A DNA stretch of 64,000 bases. Source: Octopus vulgaris (Eukaryota). Shown here piece by piece: positions 63,146 through 64,000 of the stretch. A program made the position numbers and the translations under genes. Location: assembly GCA_951406725.2 (NCBI GenBank), contig OX597814.1, forward strand, positions 72,788,001-72,852,000, given 5' to 3'. The notes under the pieces are model-generated. The model searched no databases. It worked only from the letters and a program-made list of their open reading frames with translations, and was not told the DNA's origin. The number at the start of each line of letters is the position of its first letter. Positions within the stretch are counted from its first letter, which is position 1.

Positions 63146-64000
63146 TTAAAGAAATATCTTATGTAATTATTTATTTTCATTTATATTTATTCCTCAACTA
63201 ATAATGTTTACTTGTATAAAACATGTAATTTAATTACACACAACCTTAAACATTTGTCAAAGCTAACCTATTTTTAATCCTCTTGAAATTCATATGGCTA
63301 ACAGTTCCTACTGGTTGATGGCTGTATGTTAATAAGATACAGTTTAGCAGAAAATACAGAATTGAATATGTTCAGCATTTGTGTATATGGGTGTGTGTTT
63401 TATACATGCAAATCACTTGACCTTAAAATTTCCTTTACCATAAATGAAAGGGTTAAACAGTTTGTGATTGCTAATTCTTTGTTTTTATGCTATGGATTTT
63501 AATCTGCTATTTATCTGAATTGACTTCAAAGACCGAATAATGATTGCCTGTTTGGTAGAATGGTGAGTGAAAACAATTTTCAGCTTAATCAACAACTTAA
63601 TGAAGATGTATTTCCATTAATCAAAACTCTACTTAATTTCCTTGATTACTTAATTGTAAAATTGTGTTACAATGTTTACATTTATTTCAGCAATCTTATT
63701 TAGGCACTTACTGGACCTAATTATTCTTAGTTTGGGTGGCAAACTACATTAAATAGCAAAAGCAATCAACTTTTTAACAACTGACATTCAGTTATGATTT
63801 CTTGTTTCGAATTTTTTTTTTTATCCAAATAATGGATCGAAAACCAAATGCATTATCACTGAGCTATGGCTACTCTTTATGACACAGAAAAAGTTTTTTT
63901 TTTTTTTTCTAACATATAAAGGGGAAAACAAATCAACCACAGTGGGATTTGAGCTGAAAAAGGCTGTAGCTAATTATCACAAATGTCAGACATGCTGACA

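Overview
This is an AT-rich eukaryotic window made up almost entirely of repeats. The SINE/LINE/MITE repertoire and dense microsatellites look like an octopus/cephalopod genome (inference from recalled repeat families, not a database result). No intact host protein-coding exon could be supported; most ORF-track entries are microsatellite or antisense artefacts. The left 40 kb is a nested pile of transposons: a CR1/L2 LINE end, RTE-tail retroposons, a full-length but frameshifted Buster-type hAT (8-bp TSD), a decayed ZMYM1-like hAT, and a structurally complete but mutated 4.2-kb Gypsy element (5-bp TSD, -1 frameshift signal, no canonical PBS). It also holds a GGATC-ended MITE family with 8-bp TSDs (Merlin-like; one copy has a (TTAGGG)n core), a cluster of R4/Dong-like LINEs, Tigger, Penelope and L1/Tx1 fossils, and several foldback elements, some with hammerhead-like cores. 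The right 24 kb looks like a long intron or intergenic tract with SINEs, a mariner, Helitron-like elements and piggyBac. The best leads are the atypical Gypsy priming site, the telomere-repeat MITE, the hammerhead-like foldbacks and an unexplained decayed env-like region at about 31.0-33.6 kb. None is proven to be a new system.
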